A stretch of 63,684 bases of DNA, filler included, from Globobulimina sp. (taxonomy: Eukaryota): the NCBI GenBank assembly GCA_003354225.1. It is 29 parts of 29 records of this genome, joined end to end, with 100 filler letters (N's around TTAATTAATTAA, not from the genome) between each part and the next. Parts side by side here need not be neighbours in the genome. Positions count along the whole stretch, not along the records: positions 48,396 to 50,494 come from PIVH01009011.1; positions 50,595 to 52,693 come from PIVH01009012.1; positions 52,794 to 54,892 come from PIVH01009013.1; positions 54,993 to 57,090 come from PIVH01009014.1; positions 57,191 to 59,288 come from PIVH01009015.1; positions 59,389 to 61,486 come from PIVH01009016.1; positions 61,587 to 63,684 come from PIVH01009017.1; 22 more parts are not named here. One strand, written 5' to 3'. The position numbers and the translations under genes were made by a program. Positions 48,907 through 61,754 of the stretch are shown here, one piece after another. The notes under the pieces are model-generated. The model did no database searches and was not told where the DNA came from. It saw nothing but the letters and a program-made list of their open reading frames with translations. Position 1 is the stretch's first letter. The number at the start of each line of letters is the position of its first letter.

Positions 48907-50449
48907 ATGAAAGGAGTAACACGTAAACTACACAACTTCCAATGTCACTCTTATCGGTTGTGTTCAACAACATTTTCAAACACTGTCAACAAACGTGATA
49001 GTTATCTAAAGTCACAGCAACAGCGAGAAAATCGATTCAATAACACTGAAAACCGTAACAAGAATAATAATACAACTGATAATACTGAATGGGTAACAGC
49101 ACCGAGATTACATCCACAAAGAACGCACATCCCCGGTTCTCCCGAATACACAAAACCATCCTATCCAAGCACAAGAAGACAGCAACAATATACCAATGAG
49201 AGAGCAGATCCAAACGAAGCAATTAAAAGTAAAGCACTGTCGAAGAGTTTTGAGGGAAACGATAATATAAAACTAACCTTCAACAACAGGTATAATTTCA
49301 TAATAAAAACACTTTGAAAATTCCGTAAAATTCCGATAACAAAAAAACAGCACAAGCGGCGGTAAAAAAGACATATATTTTGTTGGCAGGAAAGAAAACG
49401 AGAATCATTATCAAAAATTATATACAAATTTCTTAGTCGAACACGGTTTTGCCGAAGAAGCGGATATCTCGGAACAATACGAATGGTTATCACAATCAGA
49501 GGAAATACAGTATGATCCCGACGATTATTACGGTTTACGACTACCAAACAACCACAAAGGGAAAAGGGATGAAAATGAATGGACAGAAAAGGAATTGTAT
49601 CATGGCAAATGTTTTCAAAAAGAAAAGCTAGAATTCAATCATTTTAATAAGTCATTCATCTTAGATTCATGCCCTCCATTCCCGGACAGAATGGTTCATG
49701 AAGAGCCCAATTATGACAATAATACGGCACCGTTGTATTTGCCGCATATCTCTCAAAATATTCCGACGTGGAGTTTGAAGAAAAAAATTGCAAAAACATA
49801 CGGTCCTTCTTACATAAAAGAGATTACATTGCCACCGATTGGGTTGCCGTCAAAGGAGGTCTTCCAAGCAATGTTGAAACAATATGTGAAAGAAAAGAAG
49901 TATAAAAAACATGCAGTTGAAAGTATAAAAGAGATTAATGACGCAAACGAGATGAAAGAGGAACAGTTACATAAATATTTGGATGGTAAAGCACCAAATA
50001 AATGGATTATGAATGATATGAATGCAGAGTATTTTGAGGAGAATAAAGGGAGAGCTAAGGAGTTGGGCGTAGGCACACCGTTTGATGGAGGAGATAATGA
50101 CATTGTATCTCGTGAGTATGAGGTGTGGGATAAGGAGTTGTGTTATGAGTTGAAACATGATGGCGATCCATCCATACCCATGCCATTCAAGGATGAGCTA
50201 TTTAGACAATATGTTACTTCAATTGATAGGAATGGATCTATGGCGCCATGGCAAAAGAATTATGCCTTTTCACTGTTACCGAAAGCATTTGGTGGACCGC
50301 AAGGGTTATACATTGAGACTATTTTAGCAAACATGAAACCTAAGCAAGAAAACTTGAAGTATAAATTGGAAAAGTTTGGAGGCGAGGTTGCCACTGATAT
50401 CAAACAACAAACAGATCAGGTTGTTGATGTGACTGGTTTAGGTTTATAA
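48907..50449 (+). CDS. Hypothetical protein with mitochondrial-presequence-like N-terminus (intron 49290-49350)
   Basis: The 61-nt GT-AG intron joins the 48907 and 49595 ORFs into one open frame; R/S/T-rich, acid-free N-terminus. Confidence 0.65.
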
Positions 50450-51872
50450 TATTTTAAATAACTTGCATATGCACCAAATTGTAAAACGTTTTTCNNNNNN
50501 NNNNNNNNNNNNNNNNNNNNNNNNNNNNNNNNNNNNNNTTAATTAATTAANNNNNNNNNNNNNNNNNNNNNNNNNNNNNNNNNNNNNNNNNNNNGCGATG
50601 TGCCAACCATACCTGTTGTTGTGTATCAAAAATCAATAGTGCAGCAATAGATGAATAGTTACCGCACAGAGCCGATCGGATTATATAAATAAGTAGCAGA
50701 AACTGATGGCTATGTGCTAACCAAACAGCCGTTATTGTGTGACAAAATCAATATTGGATCAACAGAAGCGCAGTTACTTTGGAGTCAAAATCAAAGTGTT
50801 TGCTGGGATTAATTTACATGCCCAACTTCATTATTACTGCATACTTTAAGACACCTGAACATTAAAATATTGCTCAAAATGTAACCGAATGAAATTGAAA
50901 CTATTTAATTTAAAGTTAAGTTGAAACAGTGCCAAGGATATTGAAACAGCGCCAAATAATACTGAAAACACTTCCTAAGGCCATGGCCTTATACTTTGAA
51001 ATATTGTTTTGCTTTTCAAACGTTTTATTTGACAATAACAATCAAAGCACACACACAAACAAACTATTTGTAGCAACGTTTTCCACGGTCAATAATAATA
51101 AATTGCTGGAATGTATAAAGAACAGAATTGATACAAACTCTTCCTTATTGCACTGTTCAATGGACTTTCTTTTCTATGTCTCATTTTGTTACATGTTTGT
51201 TTTGTTCCAATGATTTCATATTTTGAGTGCTTCTATCATTTCTTTCTAGCTACGGGTCACAATCATTTGCCAATCATATTACTCAAACATTCTATGGCAA
51301 TGGTACAATGATCGCAGTACAGACTTCATTGATCTGACACATAACTCCCACAAAATCTATAAAAGAATAAATTACAAAATTGTATCATGAAAAACCAGAT
51401 AACCATAGATTTGATCACCACTTAGAAATTTATTTTGACATTCCAAGCAATGTCTGTGCATGTACAGTACATAAGCAGATAGAAATAAAGTCTGTTGCCA
51501 ATGGAATGAAGCGATACTGCATTGACTGTATCATTCTATCACTGTTCCATCTGTGCAAATATTGGTATTAAACAAGAAACCTGTTTCCAATACCTTATTG
51601 ACACAAAATATTTGTATTCTTGCAATAAAAGTTTGAATTTTTCATGCAAATTGTTGACAATTATTTCATATCATTGTTTAGATGACATCTCACATTTTTT
51701 CTTGAAAAAACAGCACCCTCATAAATAAGCTGTGAAATTTTTGTTGACTAGCATTTTAAACAACAGCTGTCAGTTTTACACTAACTTTCCTTGATTTATT
51801 ATACCACCTGACGGAATCCGTCGGACATAGTGCTAGAGTGTTATAGGCATGCAATTACACGTTCTTCTGTTT

Positions 51873-52645
51873 AACAACTGCTGAATGCTGATTGGCTGTT
51901 TACAATGTCACAACTGCACATTATAATTATTTTAACAAGTACTGCACACTGATTGATTGTTCATGTTCACAAAGTCACAACTGTGTAACATTAATTTAAC
52001 AACACTTGAATGCCGATTGATTGTTTACAAACTAACAATTGCACATTACAATTATTTTAAGTAGTACTTAATGCTGATTGGTTGTTTACAAAGTCACAAC
52101 TGCACATTACAATTATTTTAACAAGTGCTGCATGCTGATTGGTTGTTTAGTTTACAAAGTCAGAACTGCACATTATAATTATTTTATGAAGTACTGCATG
52201 CTGATTGCTTGTTTAGTTTTCAAAGTCACAACTGCTCATTATATTCTTTTAACCAACTACTGCATGCTGATTGATTGTATGCAAACTAACAATTGCACAT
52301 TACAATTATTTCAACAACTACTGCCTGATTGGTTGTTTACAAATTAACAATTGCACATTAAATTTATTTGAACCACTACTGCATGCTGATTGGTTGTTTA
52401 CAAACCAACAATTGCGCATTAAATCAATTTAACCAACTACTGCATGCTGATTGGTTGTATGCAAACTAACAATTGCACATTAAAATTATTTTAACAACTA
52501 CTGCATGCTGATTGGTTGCATTTTAATTGCACATTAAATTTATTTTAACAACTGCTGCATACCAACTGGTTGTTTGCAAACTAACAATTGCACATTAAAA
52601 TTATTTTAACAACATCTGAATGCTGATTGGTTGACTACAAACTGT
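51873..52645. repeat. ~60-bp minisatellite, about 13 diverged copies
   Basis: Unit approx. CTGCATGCTGATTGGTTGTTTACAAACTAACAATTGCACATTAAAATTATTTTAACAACTA. Confidence 0.92.
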
Positions 52646-52793
52646 CAATCGGATGATATAACAAAGTAGCAGAAAAATTTGGCTATGTGCCAANNNNNNN
52701 NNNNNNNNNNNNNNNNNNNNNNNNNNNNNNNNNNNNNTTAATTAATTAANNNNNNNNNNNNNNNNNNNNNNNNNNNNNNNNNNNNNNNNNNNN

Positions 52794-53786
52794 AAAATTA
52801 TAGTGAATAGATCCAAAAATACAGTCCCTTTAAGAACTGAGAATGATAAATCATATCATAAACAATTAACAATAAAACAAGCAGAAAGTAATAAATCCAT
52901 TTTTATTGGATACACTGAATATGGTGATGTGAATAGTGCAAATGTGATATTTTATTTTCATGGATATCCTGGATCATCTTTAGAATTAGATGCAATGTAT
53001 CCATTTTTATCAGGCGCCTTGAAACAAAAGGATAATATTCGTATGATAGGAATTGATCTGCCTGGACATGGTTTGTCAACGTACTACGATTACACACTCA
53101 AAACATGTGCATTTGATGCACTGTCATTGGCAGATAAGTTAAACATAAATAAATTTATTGTGATGGGAGTATCCGGCGGAGCTCCGTTCGTTTTATCGTG
53201 TGCTGCATTTTTGCCATCAAACAGATTAAAATGTGTAATACCGGTCGTTGGTATGATGCCATTGGATGAGGTTCCAAATCCATTCAAAGGCTGCATGCCT
53301 TCGCAGAAAGTGATATTTTCCACTCCATATACATTTGGTGCGTGGTTATTATATTTTGGAGTCTCTGCAGCCAACGCACTCAATGCAGAGCAAGATCTTA
53401 TGCGCATTGATGATTTGCCATCGCAGTATGATAGAGACACTATGATCAAACATCCATTTCTTATGAAAGTCTTTTCTGACTCATTTCGTGATGCATTTAG
53501 AAATGGAATTGCTGGCATATTGCGAACACATTTGATTTTGAAGCATTATGGTTTGTGGGGATTTACTATCCAGGATTTATGCAATAATTCAAAGGTTAAA
53601 GTGTATGCATTTTATGCAATTCAGGATATGAACGTATCCATAAGTCACGGAGAATGGTTTAAAGATCAAACAAAAGGATATGGTCATATTTCTGTTCAAC
53701 TATGTGATGGCTTTTCACATATATCATTTGTTGATGGTGGCTGTCAATATATTGCAAAAGTGGTTGATCAAATATTTGATGACTAA
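52794..53786 (+). CDS. Alpha/beta hydrolase
   Basis: YFHGYPGS oxyanion motif, DLPGHGLS, nucleophile GVSGG, D..V and terminal His (FSHIS). Confidence 0.88.
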   Translation, partial: KIIVNRSKNTVPLRTENDKSYHKQLTIKQAESNKSIFIGYTEYGDVNSANVIFYFHGYPGSSLELDAMYPFLSGALKQKDNIRMIGIDLPGHGLSTYYDYTLKTCAFDALSLADKLNINKFIVMGVSGGAPFVLSCAAFLPSNRLKCVIPVVGMMPLDEVPNPFKGCMPSQKVIFSTPYTFGAWLLYFGVSAANALNAEQDLMRIDDLPSQYDRDTMIKHPFLMKVFSDSFRDAFRNGIAGILRTHLILKHYGLWGFTIQDLCNNSKVKVYAFYAIQDMNVSISHGEWFKDQTKGYGHISVQLCDGFSHISFVDGGCQYIAKVVDQIFDD

Positions 53787-53977
53787 AAATTCTCGTTTTT
53801 GGTTCATTTTTTATTAAAATAAATAAATTAATATACACTCTTGTCACTAAATCATGCTCTTTTTCAATTTACAAGAGAATCGCAATAAAATGCAACTACA
53901 GAAAAAAATGATCGACTGATTCTTTACAATAAGATTTTCGAAATAAGTTTACTTGTCTAAGATTTTCGAAATAAGTT

Positions 53978-54892
53978 ATGAATAACCAAATGAACTTTAT
54001 GTTGTTTGCTATTGGCTCCAATTATTTTGGAGAATTTGGGTTGGGCCATACAATAACATCAAAAGACTTAACTCATATTTTCAACAACAGAAATATTAAA
54101 AATGTATATTCTGGAAATCAATATTGTATTTGTAGATGCACTCAAAATCATAACAATTCAATCCATTGGGTAGCTGGGACAAACGATGCCGGTCAATGCG
54201 GCATTACAAACACTCCAAATAGCATTCTCAAATTCAAATCAATAAATATAAATAACACAATTAACATCACAAAAGTATGTGTGAGTGCTGCAGGTGACTC
54301 TACATTTTGGATTTCCGATAAATTCAAAGTTTATGGCAATGGTAGAAACAATAATTGTCAGTTAGGCTTAGAAAATAGAGTCAATCGACACGAACCAGGT
54401 TACATCAAATGTTTAAACCATAATAACGATGTTATTGATGTGCGTTCTGCACATTTTTATAGCATCGCGCTGTGTAAACCAATACAAATACGCGTTATCC
54501 ACCATTGGTCGGTAAGCAATTGCAATAATGTACCCAGCGACGTTATTAATTTAATTGTTAGATTTTATGATCGTAAAATAGCAAAAGTATATTCAACTCC
54601 ACGTTGTAGATTTGGAGGAAATGGGCAGGGCTCTGGTTGTGGTTGGAGCAGACCCTCGAAATGGAAAGAAATCAATATATTGTCAACTAAGAATATCATT
54701 AGAATCCAAGCTGGTTATTATCACTCTTTGTTTTTAGCATCAAATGGTAGTGTTTTTAGCTGTGGCAGTAATGATAAAGGACAGCTTGGATATGGCCAGG
54801 GATTTATTACTACAGATGAATTTTCTCCATTTGAACTGTCGGTATTAAGAGCCTTTGAATGGGATCGTATCAACTTTAAAACAACGGCAAAA
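53978..54892 (+). CDS. RCC1-repeat protein, 3' partial
   Basis: GSNYFGEFGLGH, GRNNNCQLGL, AGYYHSLFLASNGSVFSCGSNDKGQLG. Confidence 0.9.
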
Positions 54893-55205
54893 NNNNNNNN
54901 NNNNNNNNNNNNNNNNNNNNNNNNNNNNNNNNNNNNTTAATTAATTAANNNNNNNNNNNNNNNNNNNNNNNNNNNNNNNNNNNNNNNNNNNNCAAATCTA
55001 TATCAAACCGTTTTTGGATTTGCAAAGCGTTTCTCAGATAATTGGGGGGTTATCTTTTGGAATATATCGTTTAAGTATTTTGAAGAAAAAAAAAGCATAA
55101 TTTAATAGAAAACCCATAAACCAAAGCGGAAAGAGAAAAAATAAAACATTAAAAAATAAATTCATGAGATTAATTAAAACAAAATAAAGATAATTTCTTT
55201 CAATT

Positions 55206-56354
55206 CTATTGATAATCGACACAAATTCCATTTTCATGGGTTATACCCACATCTACACATTCATAGCCTTCATCACAATCATCCGTCGGACAAAATGCAT
55301 GTTTCTGTTGTCTCCAACATACTTTCTCAGTGGCACTCTCATGAAAACACAACAACTTTTCATATCCAGTAAAATGTCTGCATTTCGGATCATGTTTACA
55401 TCCATAACCAACATCACAATCAGAAATATTGCCACATTCCACTTTATCACCTCCAGACTCACATATTGCACAACAAGCTCCGGCTGGAGTTACTTCTACT
55501 TCATGTTCGCCACACATCGGCGCAGCACATCTAACCACACTACAATCAGGACCACACTCCGCGGCACTGATACATTTGCCATCTGCTTCAGACCACATTG
55601 GCGTCTCTGCCTTACATCGACATCCGGCTTGGCACTGTAATGAACATATTGGGTTTGGACGTTCGCACGTTGAGGGACACCCTGCACATCCTACAAATTC
55701 CATGGTTTCTGTATCTGGGCAAGTGGCTGTACCGTATACGTAGTTATATTTGTGCAACAATACAAAAAACACTTAACGTTGGCAAACCGGACAGCATTGT
55801 CCCTCATCAACAACTAATTCGTAACCTGCTTCACAGACTGGTTTGAGACATGAAAGTTTACTACAATCCATCATACAAATCGGACAGCATTCTCTATCGG
55901 GGGTTACTAATATTTCTGTAGTTGTACAGGAAATTTGCTTACATTGAACCTTACTGCAATCTGGCTGTGGCATGCACAAACCGCAACCGGTGCATTTATA
56001 ACCACAACCACCACAATAATCTGCAGTGCATACTTGGCCAAATGCGCATGGAAAGGAAACAACGTGGCATGGATTAGCAAAACAACGTGCCTCAGTATCA
56101 CATTGTCCGTCTTTCAAACAGGGATTGACTCCTGGACAGGTAATACATGGACATGGAGGGGTTAAACATTCTACAGTTAGACAAGGGGGACCGGGGCATT
56201 GTGCAAATTCACAATTTGGATCGGTTCTGCTGACCCATGAACCATCTGGGCATTGTTTGGCTTCTTCAGTACAAGGAGCGAATTGTAATAATCGGTTTGC
56301 TTTGATTTGAATAATAAGCAATAGTAAAATAGTTGAGGTGGTTAATTTTGTCAT
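55206..56354 (-). CDS. Secreted cysteine-rich modular protein (CPDGS module, vWC-like repeats, TIL domain; intron about 55728-55778)
   Basis: Signal peptide; CTEEAKQCPDGSWVSR; CCPIC/CCPVC repeats; TIL-like CAGCPSTCERPNPICSLQCQAGCRC. Confidence 0.8.
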
Positions 56355-56431
56355 TATTGTTTAATATTGAGGTGTCGAAGGAATGAAGTTTGAACTGAGA
56401 GTTTTTTTTCGCTAAGTAAGTTGATGTGATA

Positions 56432-57049
56432 ATGTCAGTAGCTCAAGCTAAAACAAAAGAATTACAGACAATGTGGGATAATGAGAGCAAGGATATGTTA
56501 AATTATGCCAGCAGAAGTGTTGCAATTCAACGATTATGGAATACATTTAAGGCCATTGATGTAACACGCACAAGTATTGATGACATGAATGATAGATATC
56601 TTCCTGCTCGTTATAACAGTACCATTACTGAACAAATAATATTCAGTTTAAATGAAACAAATTTTAGATTTCAATTAATCACAGCTTGGAGTAACAGCTG
56701 GTTTGAAGGAAGAGCATGTGGTGGTTATAAATCTCTTTGTCAATCAAGGAAAGCAAAATTTCAGTTTGATTCATTTAATATATACATTCCAATGATTTGC
56801 ACGTACTTTCAGCGAAATATGAACATAGAATTGAGCAGTGACATATGGAATATTATCAAACAATATTGCTTAATGAATAGGAATAATTTTGATAAAGATG
56901 TGTACACTAAAATTAAAATGGTTGGTCTGTTTATGAATATTGATTCAGATGAAATAAGTCAATTTTTTAGATTAATTGAATTGTTTTTTAAAGTGTTTAC
57001 AAAAGCGATCAAAAGAGAAATCATTGAAAATATGAAATATATGTTATAA
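56432..57049 (+). CDS. Hypothetical protein
   Basis: Intact ~205-aa ORF; no confident motif. Confidence 0.5.
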   Translation: MSVAQAKTKELQTMWDNESKDMLNYASRSVAIQRLWNTFKAIDVTRTSIDDMNDRYLPARYNSTITEQIIFSLNETNFRFQLITAWSNSWFEGRACGGYKSLCQSRKAKFQFDSFNIYIPMICTYFQRNMNIELSSDIWNIIKQYCLMNRNNFDKDVYTKIKMVGLFMNIDSDEISQFFRLIELFFKVFTKAIKREIIENMKYML

Positions 57050-57947
57050 TTTAATTTAATGCTTTGAAGTTAATTACACATAATATAACCNNNNNNNNNN
57101 NNNNNNNNNNNNNNNNNNNNNNNNNNNNNNNNNNTTAATTAATTAANNNNNNNNNNNNNNNNNNNNNNNNNNNNNNNNNNNNNNNNNNNNGAATGTGCAT
57201 CCTTCCAACATAACAAATATTGATAACACAGCTACATTCAACCAACAAACCACACCTCTTCCACAAATAACACTTATTCCAGTGCCAATCGCTGTAAATA
57301 CTACACTTCCCCTTTTCAATCCCATTCAACTTCCAACGTCAGGATACATTCAAACCAGCAATCAGCGTCTACCACGATTACAATTTCCTTTGTTGCCACA
57401 GCATACACAACAACAGCTATAGAATGTCTTCAGGGGGGTATTACTATTGGTTTCTAATTATTTTTATTATTTTTTTTATTGTCATATATTGTTTTACAGT
57501 ATAAGAGAGATGTTATTTTTATGAATTACGATTTTATCAAATCACACTTTAATATCACAGAGTCTCTATGTATGATCTGTTGTGTTGAATGGTTGAATGA
57601 GTATTCTATTTTGACTCTCTTGTTTTGACAATTAATGATAGTTTGTATGTATGTATTTTTTTAAATAATATATATTTTAATTCTTGTTATTTTTTATTTG
57701 AATTCTTTTTGTTTGTGTTCATATTGAATTTAGTGTCCTTGCACATCACATCACAGTTAACGTTTAGATAGGAAAGTGTTTTAACGATAAGCTAGATTTA
57801 CGAAAGCCAGATAATAATATATTAGCAAAGGTTTATAATAATAAACCAATAAATTATGAATGCTGATTTCGCTGACTGTCTTTGGTAGTTTCAATTTTAA
57901 AGTTTTTGAAGCTATTCATGATCAAACCATAGAGATCCAGCGTGTAA

Positions 57948-59288
57948 ATGCTTTCGTTTTTGGCAACGTTATGGTGCACATTACTCGTGCCAATACAATC
58001 AGAACAATGCATTGTTGCATATCCAAACCATACCTTTGAATACATGGTAAACAATTTGAATAACCCATCCATCATTTATTTGGGAGATAAACCATCAACC
58101 ACTCATTGTATACACAGCTGCATTGATTTCAATTATTTATGCGATAAATCCAACAAGAATGTGTTTGCGTACACTGACGATCCTTCCAATCCATTTGTAT
58201 TTGACAATACATCATGTTCAGCTCAATCAACCCATACTGGAGACATGATGTCCTATGGTTCTTTTGCATTATTAACATCCAACATTATGGCCAGAGAGTA
58301 TGTCATCGAAACACAATTAACAATCACGTCGGGAGAACAGGCTGGCATTATTTTCAAAGCCCAACAAAGTCCAGATTGGAATTATTGGGTTTATGTCAAT
58401 CCAAATTGGAATACGATGCCCACTGGTCCTTACGAGACAAATTGGGAATCCTCGTGGTGGCATGACACGAGTACCTTTCGTACTTATTATAATACAAAAT
58501 ATAATCTCAGCATTCATATAATTGACAATACATTCCAACGATACTTAAACGGCCAAGCAATAGGAAACCTGTATGTTTTTGATGAATCGTTATGGTCACA
58601 AAGCTACGCTGGATTATTCACTTGGAGAGGTAGTGTCATTTACCATTCATTGCAACTGAAATTCCCCGATCATAATGACAATGAGGATAGATATATTTGT
58701 AGAGCTTATATGTATGATAAACAGCAAGGTCATTGTTACGGATATTATGGAAACGATTATTCAATGATCCAAAATTCCATTGCATCGGATATATGGAGTG
58801 ACTCCGGTATTATATATGAACCAGCAACATGTGCTCCGACTCAATATCCAACAAACTCACCAACGACAATATCGCCCACAACAACCATACAACCAACAAA
58901 GTCTCCAATATCGCCAACAAACTCTGAGCCTACGAACTCTCCAATATCGCCATCTATATATCCTTCAGTGCCACCTACGACAACGTTAACGACAACAGCA
59001 ACAACAACAACAGCAATAACAACATCTCCCACAACAACCATACAACCAACAAAGACTCCAATATCGCCAACAACCTCTGAGCCTACGAATTCTCCAATAT
59101 CGCCATCTACGACAACGTTAACGACAACAGCAACAACAATAACAACATCAGCACCAACAACAAAAACATCCACAGCAACAATAACAACAATAACAACATC
59201 AACATCGACAGCAATAGCTACAGCAACGACAATGTCTCCTATAACAGCAACAAGTACAGCATCAAATCCATCCATAATGCCAACCTTT
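57948..59288 (+). CDS. Secreted/surface protein: ConA-like (DUF1080-type) domain plus mucin-like Pro/Thr stalk, 3' partial
   Basis: Signal peptide; EQAGIIFKAQ, YNLSIHIIDNTFQRYLNG; PT/T-rich repeats from about 58830. Confidence 0.75.
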
Positions 59289-59669
59289 NNNNNNNNNNNN
59301 NNNNNNNNNNNNNNNNNNNNNNNNNNNNNNNNTTAATTAATTAANNNNNNNNNNNNNNNNNNNNNNNNNNNNNNNNNNNNNNNNNNNNTCGGATTGAAAA
59401 ATCTAAAAAAGCATCGGATTTCGCTATTTTTTCCATTTGAAAGTGGCAAATACCATTTTACCTTGCAATTGAGTTTAATTGCTGCATTGCATTGCCAACT
59501 CTCTGCTCAATTTGTCTGTGATATGCTTCTTTTAATGTTGACAATTTACGACCTACGCTTAAAACCGGTACGCCAATGAAAGTTATTTCAATCACCGCAG
59601 AGACCCAGATGTCTTAGAAACATATTTCATTTGTAATGTATATATTTGTATTTTATAACAATTTATAAT

Positions 59670-59981
59670 TCACAAACCTAAAATAAATGCAACAATTGAA
59701 TATATTGCAGATATTGTCACTAAAACCATTACCAGCATTGATAAACATTTGTATGTTCCTTTCCAATGAGTTAATTGAGGATCGTGAGTGTAAGAATTAA
59801 CTGCTGTTTCGACACTTTGTCTAAATTCACTCCAAACAATGAGTGAAAATCTATCTCGAAATCCTGGATCAAATGAACTGTACATGTAATCATTTAAACT
59901 CGCAATTCGTAAATTACGTATTGGAACTGTGAATTCTACATTACTTGTATCAACCACTTTTTTTGATCTTCCAACGCCCAT
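59670..59981 (-). CDS. Membrane protein, first exon
   Basis: MGVGRSKK... followed by a TM segment; probable intron downstream. Confidence 0.4.
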   Translation of the reverse strand: MGVGRSKKVVDTSNVEFTVPIRNLRIASLNDYMYSSFDPGFRDRFSLIVWSEFRQSVETAVNSYTHDPQLTHWKGTYKCLSMLVMVLVTISAIYSIVAFILGL

Positions 59982-60020
59982 TATTTATTAAAACAGTTTT
60001 GTACAGTTTTTGCTCTTTAA

Positions 60021-60614
60021 ATGATTTACTTAAGCTGTGTTTATATTGCTTTAACAGTCTTCTTTACAGCTTTCCTATCAGAGGGCATCTCATATGTATT
60101 GATTTATAGAACAAAGCGATTCAAAACTTTAAAAAGCCAAATGGAAGGACTCAATTTCAAAGTGGAGGAAGCCCGAAAAAGACAAAAAGAGAATAAAACA
60201 AAAGATCAAAAATTAAAAAAACAAATAGGTGCAATGGAAGATGAATTAAAAATAAAATCACGCGATTTATATATCATGCAAATGCCCTCAAACTATTTCT
60301 TAATATTATTATTTGTGTCGGCCTATGGATTTTTATCTGCTCTGTACGATAGTTATCCAGTTGCAAAGTTACCCTTTGTGGCACCATCGTTATTGACTCG
60401 AATGACACATAAAGGATTGCCTGGCGATGATTATTCCGAATGTTCAATGACTTTTATTTTAGTGATCTGCTCCATGGCGATACGGCCGAATGTTAAAAAA
60501 TATTTGGCCTTTGCTCCAGCAACATCTGCTAATCCATGGATGCCGCAAATGGATGATTGGGATCTTGACACAGAGCAAGAAAATAATTCCAATGATTCTG
60601 AGCATACAAAATAA
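60021..60614 (+). CDS. TMCO1: TMCO1 (Oxa1/Get1/EMC3 family ER membrane protein)
   Basis: SEGISYVLIYRT, coiled coil, PVAKLPF, THKGLPGDDYSECSMTFILVICSMAIRPNVKK. Confidence 0.93.
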   Translation: MIYLSCVYIALTVFFTAFLSEGISYVLIYRTKRFKTLKSQMEGLNFKVEEARKRQKENKTKDQKLKKQIGAMEDELKIKSRDLYIMQMPSNYFLILLFVSAYGFLSALYDSYPVAKLPFVAPSLLTRMTHKGLPGDDYSECSMTFILVICSMAIRPNVKKYLAFAPATSANPWMPQMDDWDLDTEQENNSNDSEHTK

Positions 60615-60665
60615 ATATCATTTCAGTTGTGCAAGGACATAAAAACAAAAAACTTTACTTACAAG

Positions 60666-61250
60666 TTACAACAACAAACATGTACAACCAGACTCTGTTA
60701 CTTTTGTTGTTTTTGGTATTAACATACAATTGTTTGTCGCAAATAATTTTAACTCTGATACGAAATATGCATTTGGAAATATTTTTGGTCGTTTCTCTCG
60801 AACATATTGCAGCGCATTCTGGAAATTAAAGCTTTTATATTTCATTAAATATGCAATGATCATCGCAGAACTACGACTAACGCCGGACCAGCAATGTACA
60901 ATGACACAATTGTTTTGACAGAGTTGGTCATGAATAAAATTGACCGCTGTCAATATATGTTTTTGCATAGCACCAATTTCATGCCATGTATCATCCCATT
61001 CAATCCATTTAAAATTGATATTGTTGTCAGTTATAATGTCTTTATTCAAACATTTACGTTCCCATTGGTTTAGAATGGTTAATTGTGCTTTGATATTGAA
61101 ATACGAAATTGCTGAATGTTCCTGCGCAGCATCGAAATCACCAAGAAATAAATTGGTAATTATTGGGTTTGCATCCCAATCTTGCAGTGAATCAGGCCGA
61201 CTGTTATAACTTTGTTGAAACTCATTTTCTTGCGGTAGACTCGTTGACAT
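60666..61250 (-). CDS. Dual-specificity protein phosphatase with C-terminal CaaX-like end (CLLL)
   Basis: NLFLGD, VHCWSGVSRS, VREKRPKIFPN. Confidence 0.92.
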   Translation of the reverse strand: MSTSLPQENEFQQSYNSRPDSLQDWDANPIITNLFLGDFDAAQEHSAISYFNIKAQLTILNQWERKCLNKDIITDNNINFKWIEWDDTWHEIGAMQKHILTAVNFIHDQLCQNNCVIVHCWSGVSRSSAMIIAYLMKYKSFNFQNALQYVREKRPKIFPNAYFVSELKLFATNNCMLIPKTTKVTESGCTCLLL

Positions 61251-61754
61251 TCTTTATTCAGGAATTATAGATATAGTCTATATTTGGGAGTTGAAATGTT
61301 GAATATTGCTTATTTTAAAGACATTTGACATTAAAAATGTAAAAACAAATAACTTCAAAAAACAGTTATTTGTCAACTGTATACGTAAAATCAGTAAGAT
61401 TAAAACCAGCTTAAATGAATGATTTTGTCCTTGACTTGCATTAAAAGCTACGACGACAAATAAATAAGGGAAGAAACGTTGCTGATNNNNNNNNNNNNNN
61501 NNNNNNNNNNNNNNNNNNNNNNNNNNNNNNTTAATTAATTAANNNNNNNNNNNNNNNNNNNNNNNNNNNNNNNNNNNNNNNNNNNNACTATAAATGAGAC
61601 ACACAAGTATCAGGTACCAATTCTTGTACCAATGAGGACAAAACATGGCTAGCCAAAAAAAACTGTTCACTTCACATAAACATACGGAATAATATCATTA
61701 TAATATTTTCTGCAATAAGCACCGATGATCTTTGCAGACATATAAACAAACGAG

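Noticed and set aside
51873-52645. CRISPR array
   Set aside because: Whole units are homologous with no unique spacers, and there are no cas genes; it is a minisatellite
58841-59275. Val-rich - strand ORF
   Set aside because: Antisense shadow of the Thr/Pro mucin-like repeat
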